Shown piece after piece: positions 19,301-26,886 of a stretch of 33,046 nt of DNA. Below the pieces are notes generated by a model. That model was not told the DNA's origin and searched no databases. It was given only the letters and a program-made list of their open reading frames with translations. Source of the stretch: an uncultured Mageeibacillus sp. (GTDB lineage: Bacteria; Bacillota; Clostridia; Saccharofermentanales; DTU023). The stretch lies in contig CAZBOM010000002.1 of the NCBI GenBank assembly GCA_964493375.1, forward strand, positions 1 through 33,046, written 5' to 3'. Both the position numbers and the translations under genes were made by a program. Each line of letters opens with the position of its first letter. The first letter of the stretch is position 1.

Positions 19301-20212
19301 GAGACGGAGAAACGTCGCCGCGAAGTGACAGTGACAGCTGAAGACGGATTGACGAAGACGTATTCGATTCCGATCTCGACACCGCTTATTGTCGATACGG
19401 GAGATGTCGTGGAAGAGGGCGACCTCCTCACCGACGGTTCAGTGAACCCGCATGACATCATGAAAATCAAAGGGGCTCGCGGTGTTCAAAAATACATCAT
19501 CGCGGAAGTTCTCAAGGTTTATAAAAACAACGGCGTTGAGATCAATGACAAACACATCGAGATCATCGTCAGACAGATGTTGCGCAAGTACAAGATCGAC
19601 GATCCTGGCGATACACAGTTGTTGACGGGCAGTACGGTCGATATGTCGGAATTCAGAGCCGCAAACGCAGAAGCGCAAGAGCAAGGTCTTGAACCAGCGA
19701 CGGGGACACAGATCCTGCTTGGAATCACGAAAGCGTCGCTCGCGACAGAGTCTTTCCTCTCAGCCGCTTCGTTCCAAGAGACAACGCGCGTCTTGACGGA
19801 CGCCGCTGTCAAGGGCAAGATCGATCCTCTCGAAGGGTTGAAGGAGAACGTGATCATCGGAAAATTGATCCCTGCCGGTACCGGGTTGAAACGTTACCGC
19901 GAGATCAGTGCTGTTCCTGTCGTTCCCGCCAATATGCCGATGCTCAATGCGACGGCCGATGAAAAGATCGCCCGCACGGAATACGAGACGAAAGCGATTG
20001 ATGATGGGTTCACTCAAGTGACGAATGAAGAATTCGAAGTGTTCATGAAGTCGCGTGGATTTAAGCCCGAAGACTACCGTGATGCTTGGTCATTTGACCT
20101 AGAGCCGCAAGAGAGCAAGGGCGACAGCGACGAAGACTATAACCCTTTGCTCGAACTGTTTGATTTGCCTGATAGTGGATCGGAAGCCGTTGGTGTCTCG
20201 GTAGCGGAATAA
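16400..20212 (+). CDS. rpoC: DNA-directed RNA polymerase subunit beta'
   Basis: 1270 aa. It has the Zn finger '[23 protein letters not shown]', the catalytic 'NADFDGDQM', the trigger-loop region and 'GKLIPAGTG'. AAGGAGG lies 7 nt before ATG 16400, 17 nt after the rpoB stop. Confidence 0.98.
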   Translation: MSEMGNFEAIGIGLASPDKILTWSKGEVKKPETINYRTLKPETDGLFCEKIFGPSRDWECFCGKYKTKRYRGIICDKCGVEVTLAKVRRERMGHIRLAAPVTHIWYYRGIPSRMGLILDMSPRNLEKIIYFAAYIVIDPGETSFAKMQIINERDYREAISLYGRNSFVAKMGAEAIRDLLAKINVDELAESLREELEGARGQRKARLIKRLEVVEAFRNSGHHPSWMVLDVIPVLPPELRPMVELDGGRFATSDLNDLYRRVINRNNRLNKLLQLGAPNIIIRNEKRMLQEAVDALIDNGRRGRPVTGAGNRPLKSLSDLLKGKQGRFRQNLLGKRVDYSGRSVIVVGPELKLHQCGLPKEMALELFKPFVMREIMRHGYAQNIKSARRQVERGGDLVWDMLDEVIKDHPVLLNRAPTLHRLGIQAFEPILVEGRAIHLHPLVCTAFNADFDGDQMPVHVPLSAEAQAEARFLMLSSNNLLKPQDGKPVTVPTQDMVLGCYYLTIVKPNPDVPEDAPLRVFSNIEEAEMAYGEGQITLGQPIRVLREVEREGKRYRGIVESTLGRLLFNSIIPQDLGYVERGDDDASQVALECEFVVGKKELAKIIERCIHVRGITETAAVLDKIKKLGFHYSTVGGISIGIFDMIVPEVKENLIDVAEARVDFINKQYQIGTMNEEGRYEAVVRVWRETTQEITDALKEKLGIYNPIYMMSQSGARGNIDQIKQLAGMRGNMTDTSGRTIEIPIKSNLREGMNVLEFFISSHGARKSLSDTALKTADSGYLTRRLVDISQDVIIRKEDCGTEEYIEVSPVVVGGKVKRVVEKLANRIEGRFAALPIVHPETGEVLVERNEMISNTMASKIEELNITKVAIRSNLTCQCDKGVCAKCYGRNLATGGLTVVGEAVGIMAAQSIGEPGTQLTMRTFHTGGIASGDDITQGLPRVEELFEARKPKGQAIISELTGTVHIVETEKRRREVTVTAEDGLTKTYSIPISTPLIVDTGDVVEEGDLLTDGSVNPHDIMKIKGARGVQKYIIAEVLKVYKNNGVEINDKHIEIIVRQMLRKYKIDDPGDTQLLTGSTVDMSEFRAANAEAQEQGLEPATGTQILLGITKASLATESFLSAASFQETTRVLTDAAVKGKIDPLEGLKENVIIGKLIPAGTGLKRYREISAVPVVPANMPMLNATADEKIARTEYETKAIDDGFTQVTNEEFEVFMKSRGFKPEDYRDAWSFDLEPQESKGDSDEDYNPLLELFDLPDSGSEAVGVSVAE

Positions 20213-20263
20213 GCGCTCATTTTCTAACAATCGTTCTGAACGAGAACGATCTAAACGATTAGT

Positions 20264-20291
20264 AGGGGGAGTCTTTGAATAGGCTCCCCTT
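20264..20291 (+). terminator. possible hairpin downstream of rpoC (weak T-tract)
   Basis: GGGGGAG (20265-20271) pairs with CTCCCCT (20284-20290) around a 12-nt loop, followed by TTAATATTT. Confidence 0.35.
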
Positions 20292-20309
20292 TAATATTTG
20301 TATTATCTG

Positions 20310-20337
20310 AAGGCCGATAAGATCATCGCCTTTTTTT
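20310..20337 (+). terminator. probable rho-independent terminator of the rpoBC unit
   Basis: AAGGC(C)GAT pairs with ATCGCCTT, an imperfect stem with one bulged C and a 6-nt loop, followed by a run of 7 T (20331-20337). Confidence 0.45.
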
Positions 20338-20531
20338 GATTATTATCCTTTCCAGCCAAATCTATCATAAATTTGCTCTATTTGCCGGCTCCGTGATAGC
20401 ATAAACGAGTAATGATTAGAGTTGTGCATGATATCGCAGTATAACCTCTGAAGTCAGATCGATCGCATTAGTAATGGGTTGAATAAGCATCTATGTCAAA
20501 CGTGAACACTTGTGTTTAAGGAGAACTTGAC

Positions 20532-23231
20532 ATGAAGAAAAGTAAAGTTATCGCATGCGCTCTCATCGCTTTTTTGTTGCTTTTAGGGCTTACCGTTTAT
20601 GCCGCCCCCGCTTATGAGCAGGATGGTTTGAAACTCGAGTTCGTCGAAACAAAAGAGGGCATTCTAATCTTCCTCGTGGATAATCGGACGGCGAGCGAAC
20701 TGCACAAAGCGGAACTGACCTTCGAAGAATTTCCGAGCCATCTCTTCACGCTAACCTCTCCTAAAATTTCAATCGGGCACATCAAAGCAGGCGAAAAACA
20801 CGAAACCGATCTGCCGTATAAACTTTCGAGACCTAGCACTGACTCCACCGCGATTGACGAAAGCGTCCCAAGCGATTCTGGTATCTCAACGCAGGAGAGC
20901 AAACGTCATGGTATTGACACGAAAACGATTCTTCTCATCGGCGCTCCCGTCGTTGTTATCGTGGCTATCATAGGCGTTGTCTTGGCAAAGAAGAAAAAGA
21001 GACAAGACGGTAAGACACACCTTTCTATTTTCCTCATTGTGAGCCTTCTCGTGACTTCACTTTTTTGCGGTATGCCGGTAGAAGCAGAGCCGCATAACAT
21101 CGCGGACAGCGGTCGCTTGTTCTATAAGATCCCTCTCGAGGGAGAACTCATCCTTGAAGGTGAGACCTATCCCTACCAAGGCGTCTTCTATTATGAGACC
21201 GACCGCATCGAACTCAACGTCGAAGAGACAGAAATCGAAGAAATCACCGAAGGGTTTAAAGTCGAAGCCGATCCCCATATGGAATCGGGCAAATTCGACG
21301 CTTCAAAAGCGGGCGAAGTCGGACAAGTGGAGGTCGTAAGAGCTTATACATACGTCAACGGCAAAAAAACAGGTGAAGGCAAAGAAATCTCACGGAAAGT
21401 GATTAAAGAAGTTGTGCCGGGTGTTATTAAATACGGCACAAAACCGGTGACGAAAGTACTCAAGGCGAAGACCGTCTATGAAGCCGTTAAAGAAAAACTG
21501 GGGTATGAAAAAGCAAAAGAAGGCATCGAGCCGAAAGATGGAAGCGAAACCATTGTCGCGACTGATTTCAACTTAGAAAAGATGGAACCTGTTTTAAAAA
21601 CAGACAAAGTCGACCCGGTCAATGCCGTCGTCCTAAAGGGTGTTTTGGAAGACATGAGCACCTCGGTGCCATTTGGCAAGGTCTATGAGGCTAACCAAGA
21701 GGCGAAAGTTGGCTCCGCCAATCAAGTGAAGTCAAAAGGCGTGAACGGCTCCGAAACGCAACACTTTGAGCATAAAGTCGACGCCAAAACGGGCGCGATT
21801 ATTAAATCCTCTGCTCCGTCAGGTCGCTCCGATAAAGTGGAACCTGTCAACCAAGTGGAGCTCGTCGGTGTTCTCGATACCATTGTGACGTCTATTCCGT
21901 TTAAAACGGAGACCAAACAAGACCCGACAAAATGGGACAACTACAAATCAACCGCGTCAAAAGGCGTGAACGGTAAAAAGACAGACACAGTCGCGCGCTA
22001 CCTCGACACCAAAACAGGTGTTGTAAGCCGCGATAACTCAAAAGCCAAAGTTCTCAGCACAAAAACGGAAGACCCCGTCAACGCCGTCACAGTGATTGGC
22101 ACAAAAGCGCCGACATGGAAACGCGTTGTAAAAACGGCTGTCCCTATTGACTTTACGACCACCAATAAAGTGTTCGTGAGCCAGTCTGAATTCGGCTCAA
22201 TGAAATCCGCCGCTGATGTCGCCGCGAAACGTCAGGCTTTTAATGCCGCTGCGAGCGGTAAAACATCGCTTGGCGCGAATGGCTACGCGGAAGTCGTCGG
22301 ACAAAAAGGCGAAAAAACAACCTCTTATGAGCAAGCCGTCGATGAGTCAGGAAACGCGATTCCAGGTTACGCTATTCGAAATGAGAAGACAGAAATCACC
22401 AAACAAGCGGTTAACGCGGTACATATGTATTTTAACGTCGCGGCCGGAACAAAGCGTGATATCCCCACTCCTTACAGCTACCGTGCGAACGAAAGCCTCG
22501 CCGTCGGCAAAACGAATGTTATCCAAGAAGGCGCGAAAGGTGCTGAGGAAAGCATTTTGTTCTACGCCGGTGAAGTCGGAAAGTCGACAAAAACTGAAAA
22601 ATGGACAAGAACACTAGAACCTAAAGCTGGCATTACCGAGGTCGGAGCTAGAGAAGTGAAGACTGAGCTGATTCCGTTTGAGACGGAAATCAGACAAGCC
22701 GAGTGGACTTGGTGGGCTTGGGATACTGAGATTAAAATGATTCAAGAAGGTGTGAACGGTGAAAAAATCACCACTAAAATTTACAACGTCAATGCCAGCA
22801 CCGGAAAACTCGAAGGCGTCAAGAGTTCGTCCTCAAATGTAACGAAAGAATCTCGCAAAAAGATTATCGAAAAAGGTGAAAATCACTTTACAAATAATTA
22901 CAGGACAGACTTTGAAAATGAGCTGTTTAGGTTGATTAACGAGTATAGAGCTAGCAAAGGAATTGCGCCACTTGTGTGGGGGCCTGCCGAACATAAGAAA
23001 AACATCAAATATGTTGCCGCCAAAATCTCAATTAACGGGTTCTATCATGTTCCAGGTGGTATGGAGGACAATATTTCAAGAAACTCCCACACACCGCAAG
23101 CAACATTGAATAGCTGGAAATCAAGCGGTGGACACGAAAGAGCAATGGTAAACCCAGATGATACTTATTGCTCAATCGGATGCTATGTCGATAGCTACGG
23201 TGGCCTCTGGTGGGCATTTGGTGCAAGATAG
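20532..23231 (+). CDS. envelope protein: signal peptide + small N-terminal module + TM hairpin + about six G5-like repeats + C-terminal CAP/SCP (YkwD-like) domain
   Basis: 899 aa. AAGGAG lies 8 nt before ATG 20532. The signal peptide is 'MKKSKVIACALIAFLLLLGLTVYA|AP'. TM1 is 'ILLIGAPVVVIVAIIGVVLA', followed by 'KKKKRQDGK' and TM2 'LSIFLIVSLLVTSLF'. G5-like modules recur (e.g. 'SIPFKTETKQDPTKWDNYKSTASKGVNGKKTDTVARYLDTKTGVV...EDPVNAVTVIGTK'). The CAP domain reads 'FENELFRLINEYRASKGIAPL...LNSWKSSGGHERAMVNPDDTYCSIGCY...LWWAFGAR'. Confidence 0.85.
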   Translation: MKKSKVIACALIAFLLLLGLTVYAAPAYEQDGLKLEFVETKEGILIFLVDNRTASELHKAELTFEEFPSHLFTLTSPKISIGHIKAGEKHETDLPYKLSRPSTDSTAIDESVPSDSGISTQESKRHGIDTKTILLIGAPVVVIVAIIGVVLAKKKKRQDGKTHLSIFLIVSLLVTSLFCGMPVEAEPHNIADSGRLFYKIPLEGELILEGETYPYQGVFYYETDRIELNVEETEIEEITEGFKVEADPHMESGKFDASKAGEVGQVEVVRAYTYVNGKKTGEGKEISRKVIKEVVPGVIKYGTKPVTKVLKAKTVYEAVKEKLGYEKAKEGIEPKDGSETIVATDFNLEKMEPVLKTDKVDPVNAVVLKGVLEDMSTSVPFGKVYEANQEAKVGSANQVKSKGVNGSETQHFEHKVDAKTGAIIKSSAPSGRSDKVEPVNQVELVGVLDTIVTSIPFKTETKQDPTKWDNYKSTASKGVNGKKTDTVARYLDTKTGVVSRDNSKAKVLSTKTEDPVNAVTVIGTKAPTWKRVVKTAVPIDFTTTNKVFVSQSEFGSMKSAADVAAKRQAFNAAASGKTSLGANGYAEVVGQKGEKTTSYEQAVDESGNAIPGYAIRNEKTEITKQAVNAVHMYFNVAAGTKRDIPTPYSYRANESLAVGKTNVIQEGAKGAEESILFYAGEVGKSTKTEKWTRTLEPKAGITEVGAREVKTELIPFETEIRQAEWTWWAWDTEIKMIQEGVNGEKITTKIYNVNASTGKLEGVKSSSSNVTKESRKKIIEKGENHFTNNYRTDFENELFRLINEYRASKGIAPLVWGPAEHKKNIKYVAAKISINGFYHVPGGMEDNISRNSHTPQATLNSWKSSGGHERAMVNPDDTYCSIGCYVDSYGGLWWAFGAR
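21201..23231 (+). repeat. tandem duplication, copy A (G5 repeats + CAP domain coding block)
   Basis: It aligns colinearly with 23516-25534. The offset is 2315 nt at the 5' end and 2303 nt at the stop codons. It includes a 218-nt stretch of perfect identity (22110-22327 matches 24425-24642). Confidence 0.9.
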
Positions 23232-23308
23232 ATAGGCACAAAACAATTTACAGACCCTATAAGAACGGTTATTGCGACGCCTTGAAATGCTCAAGTATGG
23301 AGGAATAA

Positions 23309-25534
23309 ATGAGAAAATTTAACAAACATTCCATTCACTTGTTTTTAGCTCTTTTAATCATGGTTTTCATTTTTCCCCTGTCTAGTTGTAGTCGGGCGAC
23401 ACCTTCAACGACACCTTCCATCATAACCACAACAACGCCATCTACAGCCTCGACTGCAGGGGAAGAGCATACAACGACAACAACGACAACAACGACAACC
23501 GCCACGCCCCCAACCGACCGCATTGAGACAAATGTCGAAGAAAAGGAAATAGAAGAAATTACCGAAGGCATTAAGCTCGAAGCGGATCCCCATATGGAAT
23601 CGGGCAAATTCGACGCTTCAAAAGCGGGCGAAGCTGGACAAGTGGAGATCATAAGAGCCTATACTTTTGTCAATGGTGAAAAAACAGGTGAAGGCAAAGA
23701 AATTTCACGAAAAGTGATTAAAGAAGTCGTCCCAGGTGTCGTCAAATACGGCACAAAGCCAGTGACGAAAGTACTCAAGGCGAAGACCGTCTATGAAGCC
23801 GTTAAAGAAAAACTGGGGTATGAAAAAGCAAAAGAAGGCATCGAGCCGAAAGATGGAAGTGAAACCAATGTCGCGACTGATTTCAATTTGGAAAAGATGG
23901 AGCCTGTTTTAAAAACAGACAAAGTCGACCCTGTCAATGCCGTCGTCTTAAAGGGCGTTTTGGAAGACAAGAGCACCTCGGTGCCGTTTGGCAAGGTCTA
24001 TGAGGCTAACCAAGATGCAAAAGTCGGCTCCGCCAATAAAGTGAAGTCAAAAGGCTCAAACGGCTCCGAAACACAACACTTTGAGCACAAAGTCAACGCA
24101 GAAACTGGCGCTATTATTAAATCCACTGTTCCAACAGGACGCACTGATAGAGTCGACCCTGTTGACCAAGTGGAGCTCGTTGGTGTTCTCGACACCATCG
24201 TAACGTCTATTCCGTTTAAGACTGAGACAAAGCAAGACCCGACTAAGTGGGACAACTACAAATCAACCACTACGAAGGGCGTGAACGGTAAGAAAACCGA
24301 CACTGTCGCGCGTTACCTCGACACAAAAACAGGTGTTGTTAGCCGCGATAACTCAAAGGCAAAAGTTCTCAGCACAAAAACTGAAGACCCAGTCAATGCG
24401 GTCACAGTAATTGGCACCAAAGCTCCGACATGGAAACGCGTTGTAAAAACGGCTGTCCCTATTGACTTTACGACCACCAATAAAGTGTTCGTGAGCCAGT
24501 CTGAATTCGGCTCAATGAAATCCGCCGCTGATGTCGCCGCGAAACGTCAGGCTTTTAATGCCGCTGCGAGCGGTAAAACATCGCTTGGCGCGAATGGCTA
24601 CGCGGAAGTCGTCGGACAAAAAGGCGAAAAAACAACCTCTTACGAACAAGCCGTCAATGAGTCAGGAAACGCGATTCCAGGTTACGCTATTCGAAACGAA
24701 AAAACAGAAATCACGAAACAAGCGGTTAACGCGGTGCATATGTATTTTAACGTCGCAGCTGGAACAAAGCGTGATATTTCCGCTCCTTACAGCTACCGCG
24801 CGAACGAAAGCCTCGCCGTCGGCAAGACGAATGTTATCCAAGAAGGCGCTAAAGGTGCTGAAGAAAGCATTTTGTTTTATACGGGTGAAGTTGGCAAATC
24901 CACCAAAACTGAAAAGTGGACGAGAACTTTAGAACCTAAAGCTGGCATTACTGAAGTCGGAGCTAGAGAAGTGAAGACGGAAGCGATTCCGTTTGAGACG
25001 GAAGCGCAGTGGAACCCGCGCGCTTGGGATACAGAGGTCGAAGTGATTCAAGCTGGCATCACAGGTGAGCAGACCACAACCAAGATTTACAATGTCAATA
25101 CAAGCACAGGAAAGCTAGAAGGCGTCAAAAGTTCGTCTTCAAACGTAACTAAAGAGGCGCGTAAAGAAATTGTTAAAAAGGGCGCGCACCACTTCACGAA
25201 TCAATATAGAACAGATTTCGAAAATGAGCTGTTTAGATTGATTAATGAGTATAGGGTAAGCGAAGGCATCGCCCCTCTAGCGCAAGGCCCGTCGACTTAT
25301 AAAAATAAAATGAGATATGTAGCTGCTGAAATTTCTGTTAATGGCTTCCGACATGTAGGCGGTGAAGATAATATCTCTATGAACTCCCCGACGCCGCTCG
25401 CAACACTCAATAGTTGGAAATCAAGTCCTGGACATAACGCAGCAATGATTGACCCCCTTGACACATACTGTTCTATAGGATGTTATGTAGACCAATCCGG
25501 TGCCTTATGGTGGGCGTTTGGCGCACGCAGATAG
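23309..25534 (+). CDS. lipoprotein paralog: lipobox signal peptide + Thr/Pro-rich linker + G5-like repeats + C-terminal CAP/SCP (YkwD-like) domain
   Basis: 741 aa. GGAGGA lies 5 nt before ATG 23309. The signal peptide 'MRKFNKHSIHLFLALLIMVFIFPLSSC' carries the lipobox L-S-S-C. The linker is 'TPSTTPSIITTTTPSTASTAGEEHTTTTTTTTTTATPP'. From 'DRIETNVEE' onward it is colinear with the upstream gene. Confidence 0.85.
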   Translation: MRKFNKHSIHLFLALLIMVFIFPLSSCSRATPSTTPSIITTTTPSTASTAGEEHTTTTTTTTTTATPPTDRIETNVEEKEIEEITEGIKLEADPHMESGKFDASKAGEAGQVEIIRAYTFVNGEKTGEGKEISRKVIKEVVPGVVKYGTKPVTKVLKAKTVYEAVKEKLGYEKAKEGIEPKDGSETNVATDFNLEKMEPVLKTDKVDPVNAVVLKGVLEDKSTSVPFGKVYEANQDAKVGSANKVKSKGSNGSETQHFEHKVNAETGAIIKSTVPTGRTDRVDPVDQVELVGVLDTIVTSIPFKTETKQDPTKWDNYKSTTTKGVNGKKTDTVARYLDTKTGVVSRDNSKAKVLSTKTEDPVNAVTVIGTKAPTWKRVVKTAVPIDFTTTNKVFVSQSEFGSMKSAADVAAKRQAFNAAASGKTSLGANGYAEVVGQKGEKTTSYEQAVNESGNAIPGYAIRNEKTEITKQAVNAVHMYFNVAAGTKRDISAPYSYRANESLAVGKTNVIQEGAKGAEESILFYTGEVGKSTKTEKWTRTLEPKAGITEVGAREVKTEAIPFETEAQWNPRAWDTEVEVIQAGITGEQTTTKIYNVNTSTGKLEGVKSSSSNVTKEARKEIVKKGAHHFTNQYRTDFENELFRLINEYRVSEGIAPLAQGPSTYKNKMRYVAAEISVNGFRHVGGEDNISMNSPTPLATLNSWKSSPGHNAAMIDPLDTYCSIGCYVDQSGALWWAFGARR
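23471..23497 (+). repeat. 3 x 9-bp perfect tandem repeat (ACAACGACA) encoding the poly-Thr run
   Basis: acaacgaca acaacgaca acaacgaca, read directly. It is in frame and encodes T9 within 'HTTTTTTTTTTAT'. Confidence 0.9.
23516..25534 (+). repeat. tandem duplication, copy B
   Basis: See copy A. Direct visual alignment of the two nucleotide stretches. Confidence 0.9.
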
Positions 25535-25565
25535 CTGCATCTAAGGCCGCATCCAACAACAACAA

Positions 25566-25593
25566 AAGAGACTCTACAATTGTAGAGTCTCTT
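25566..25593. terminator. bidirectional terminator between the G5/CAP lipoprotein gene and the convergent orphan ORF
   Basis: Perfect palindrome AAGAGACTCTACAA/TTGTAGAGTCTCTT. It is flanked by CTTCTTGTTC on the + strand and TTTTGTTGTTGTT on the - strand. Confidence 0.75.
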
Positions 25594-25616
25594 CTTGTTC
25601 ATTAAATAACAACAAA

Positions 25617-26303
25617 TCAATTACAAGTTTCAATTGTTTTAATCCCATATTCTCCCAGTGTATCCTTGTTTTTGCCTACAAGTTCAATCAATTTCTCTTG
25701 CGTCATTTTAGGCATTGGACGAAATACATTCTTATTATACTCTGGCCCATAATGTCCTTGCCCTTTGTTTTCCAAAACCACAACGTCGTACCCTTCTTCA
25801 GCCTCTTCGACCCACGATTCGATGGTTTTTGAGAGCTCCTCAAAACTTTTTTCGGTAGGATTATATTCAATCCAATCTTCAACATCCTCGAGTTCTTTTT
25901 GTATTCTTGTTGCAGTTTCCCTGGATGCCTCATAACTCATTCCGTCCCACGAAAGCTCGAATAAAATCGCGTAAGCTAAGACATTATTGTCAAGCCTTTT
26001 GAGGCTCTCTTTGTAAACAGGGAGCCCTAAAAGAATGCGCCAATCTTGCAACATTAACGCGTAACTTTCATGAGTAGTCGGATTATAAGTAAAAACATCG
26101 AATATTTCATAGATGATATATTCGCGCAGCTCGTAATCAACTTTGTAGTCGATAATCGGGACGACAGCAAGGGTGGTGTCGTCTTCAGGATTTTCTATTT
26201 CAAGCGTTAAAAGCTCGTCAAAAAGTGCGCGAACACTTCCTGGGGTGCACAACCATTTGACAAGGAGAGGGTGACATATTATACTAAGGTCAAAGAAAGT
26301 CAA
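25617..26303 (-). CDS. hypothetical acidic cytoplasmic protein (orphan; AT-rich; true start uncertain)
   Basis: The 228-codon ORF has no signal peptide or TM and is rich in E/D/Y/W ('LAYAILFELSWDGMSYEA', 'EDVEDWIEYNPTEKSFEEL', 'ESWVEEAEEGYDVVVLENKG'). The track start at 26303 is a TTG lying inside the CtsR operator, with no RBS. The first ATG is codon 84. I do not recognise a family with confidence. Confidence 0.5.
   Translation of the reverse strand: MTFFDLSIICHPLLVKWLCTPGSVRALFDELLTLEIENPEDDTTLAVVPIIDYKVDYELREYIIYEIFDVFTYNPTTHESYALMLQDWRILLGLPVYKESLKRLDNNVLAYAILFELSWDGMSYEASRETATRIQKELEDVEDWIEYNPTEKSFEELSKTIESWVEEAEEGYDVVVLENKGQGHYGPEYNKNVFRPMPKMTQEKLIELVGKNKDTLGEYGIKTIETCN
26257..26285 (+). 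promoter_or_regulatory. sigma-A promoter of the ctsR-mcsA-mcsB-clpC operon
   Basis: TTGACA (26257-26262), a 17-nt spacer, then TATACT (26280-26285), immediately followed by the CtsR box. Confidence 0.75.
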
Positions 26304-26304
26304 A
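26288..26304 (+). promoter_or_regulatory. CtsR operator (direct heptad repeat)
   Basis: GGTCAAA-gaa-AGTCAAA matches the (A/G)GTCAAA-NAN-(A/G)GTCAAA CtsR consensus exactly. It sits at the transcription start region of the ctsR operon, consistent with autoregulation. Confidence 0.85.
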
Positions 26305-26405
26305 GACTAAAAGAAATGCTCGATGGTTTCAATCGATCTGTTGTTCGATGAACGCATCGTGGCGAAAGAGTTTTTAGAAGAACATGTCAGAAAGGTGTGA
26401 CAGAC

Positions 26406-26882
26406 ATGGGCAGTCTAACGGATTTGATCGAGCAAGCGATACTCGATCTGATTGAACAACACGACGGGTATGCGGAGATCGCTCGCAACGCCTTCGCCGC
26501 GGAGATGAAAGTCGCGCCCTCGCAGATCACCTATGTGATTTCGACGCGTTTTGGACATGAACACGGATACATTGTGGAGAGTCGGCGAGGCGGGTCAGGT
26601 TATATCAAGATCATGCGGGTCCCACATTCCGATCACTCGGAATATGTGATGCATCTGATGCGCGCTGCTGATGATCATTTGACTCAACACGACGTTAATA
26701 TCTTGATCGATAATCTTCTTAATTATGAGTTGATTACGCACGAAATGGCGAGTCTTATGAAATCGTCACTATCTGACAGAAGTCTTGCCCTTATCGCCGG
26801 GCGCGATCGCCACGAAACGCGCTCTTTGATTTTCAAAAATATGCTATTGTACATCGCCTCAATAGGCGATGAGGAGGAATAA
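26406..26882 (+). CDS. ctsR: class III stress-gene transcriptional repressor CtsR
   Basis: 'LTDLIEQAILDLIEQ', 'APSQITYVISTRFGHEHGYIVESRRGGSGYIKIMRV' parallel B. subtilis CtsR '[36 protein letters not shown]'. AAAGGTG lies 8 nt before ATG 26406, which is preferred over GTG 26397. Confidence 0.93.
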   Translation: MGSLTDLIEQAILDLIEQHDGYAEIARNAFAAEMKVAPSQITYVISTRFGHEHGYIVESRRGGSGYIKIMRVPHSDHSEYVMHLMRAADDHLTQHDVNILIDNLLNYELITHEMASLMKSSLSDRSLALIAGRDRHETRSLIFKNMLLYIASIGDEEE

Positions 26883-26886
26883 CGAC

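Noticed and set aside
20230-20250. 8-bp hairpin ATCGTTCT-gaacg-AGAACGAT just after the rpoC stop
   Set aside because: No T-tract follows it, so it is unlikely to be the terminator. The two downstream hairpins are better candidates.
20532-25534. Sortase (LPXTG) anchoring, or a polymorphic-toxin/immunity arrangement, for the G5/CAP proteins
   Set aside because: No LPXTG-like motif precedes either hydrophobic segment. The C-terminal domains are CAP-like rather than toxin-like. The only candidate partner ORF is on the opposite strand.
1477-26886. N-terminal extensions in the ORF track (starts at 1477, 2566, 6098, 8413, 26397, 26869)
   Set aside because: In each case a downstream ATG has a much better placed Shine-Dalgarno, and the extension adds non-conserved residues. 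For 8413 it would translate a terminator-like hairpin, and for 26869 it would overlap ctsR.
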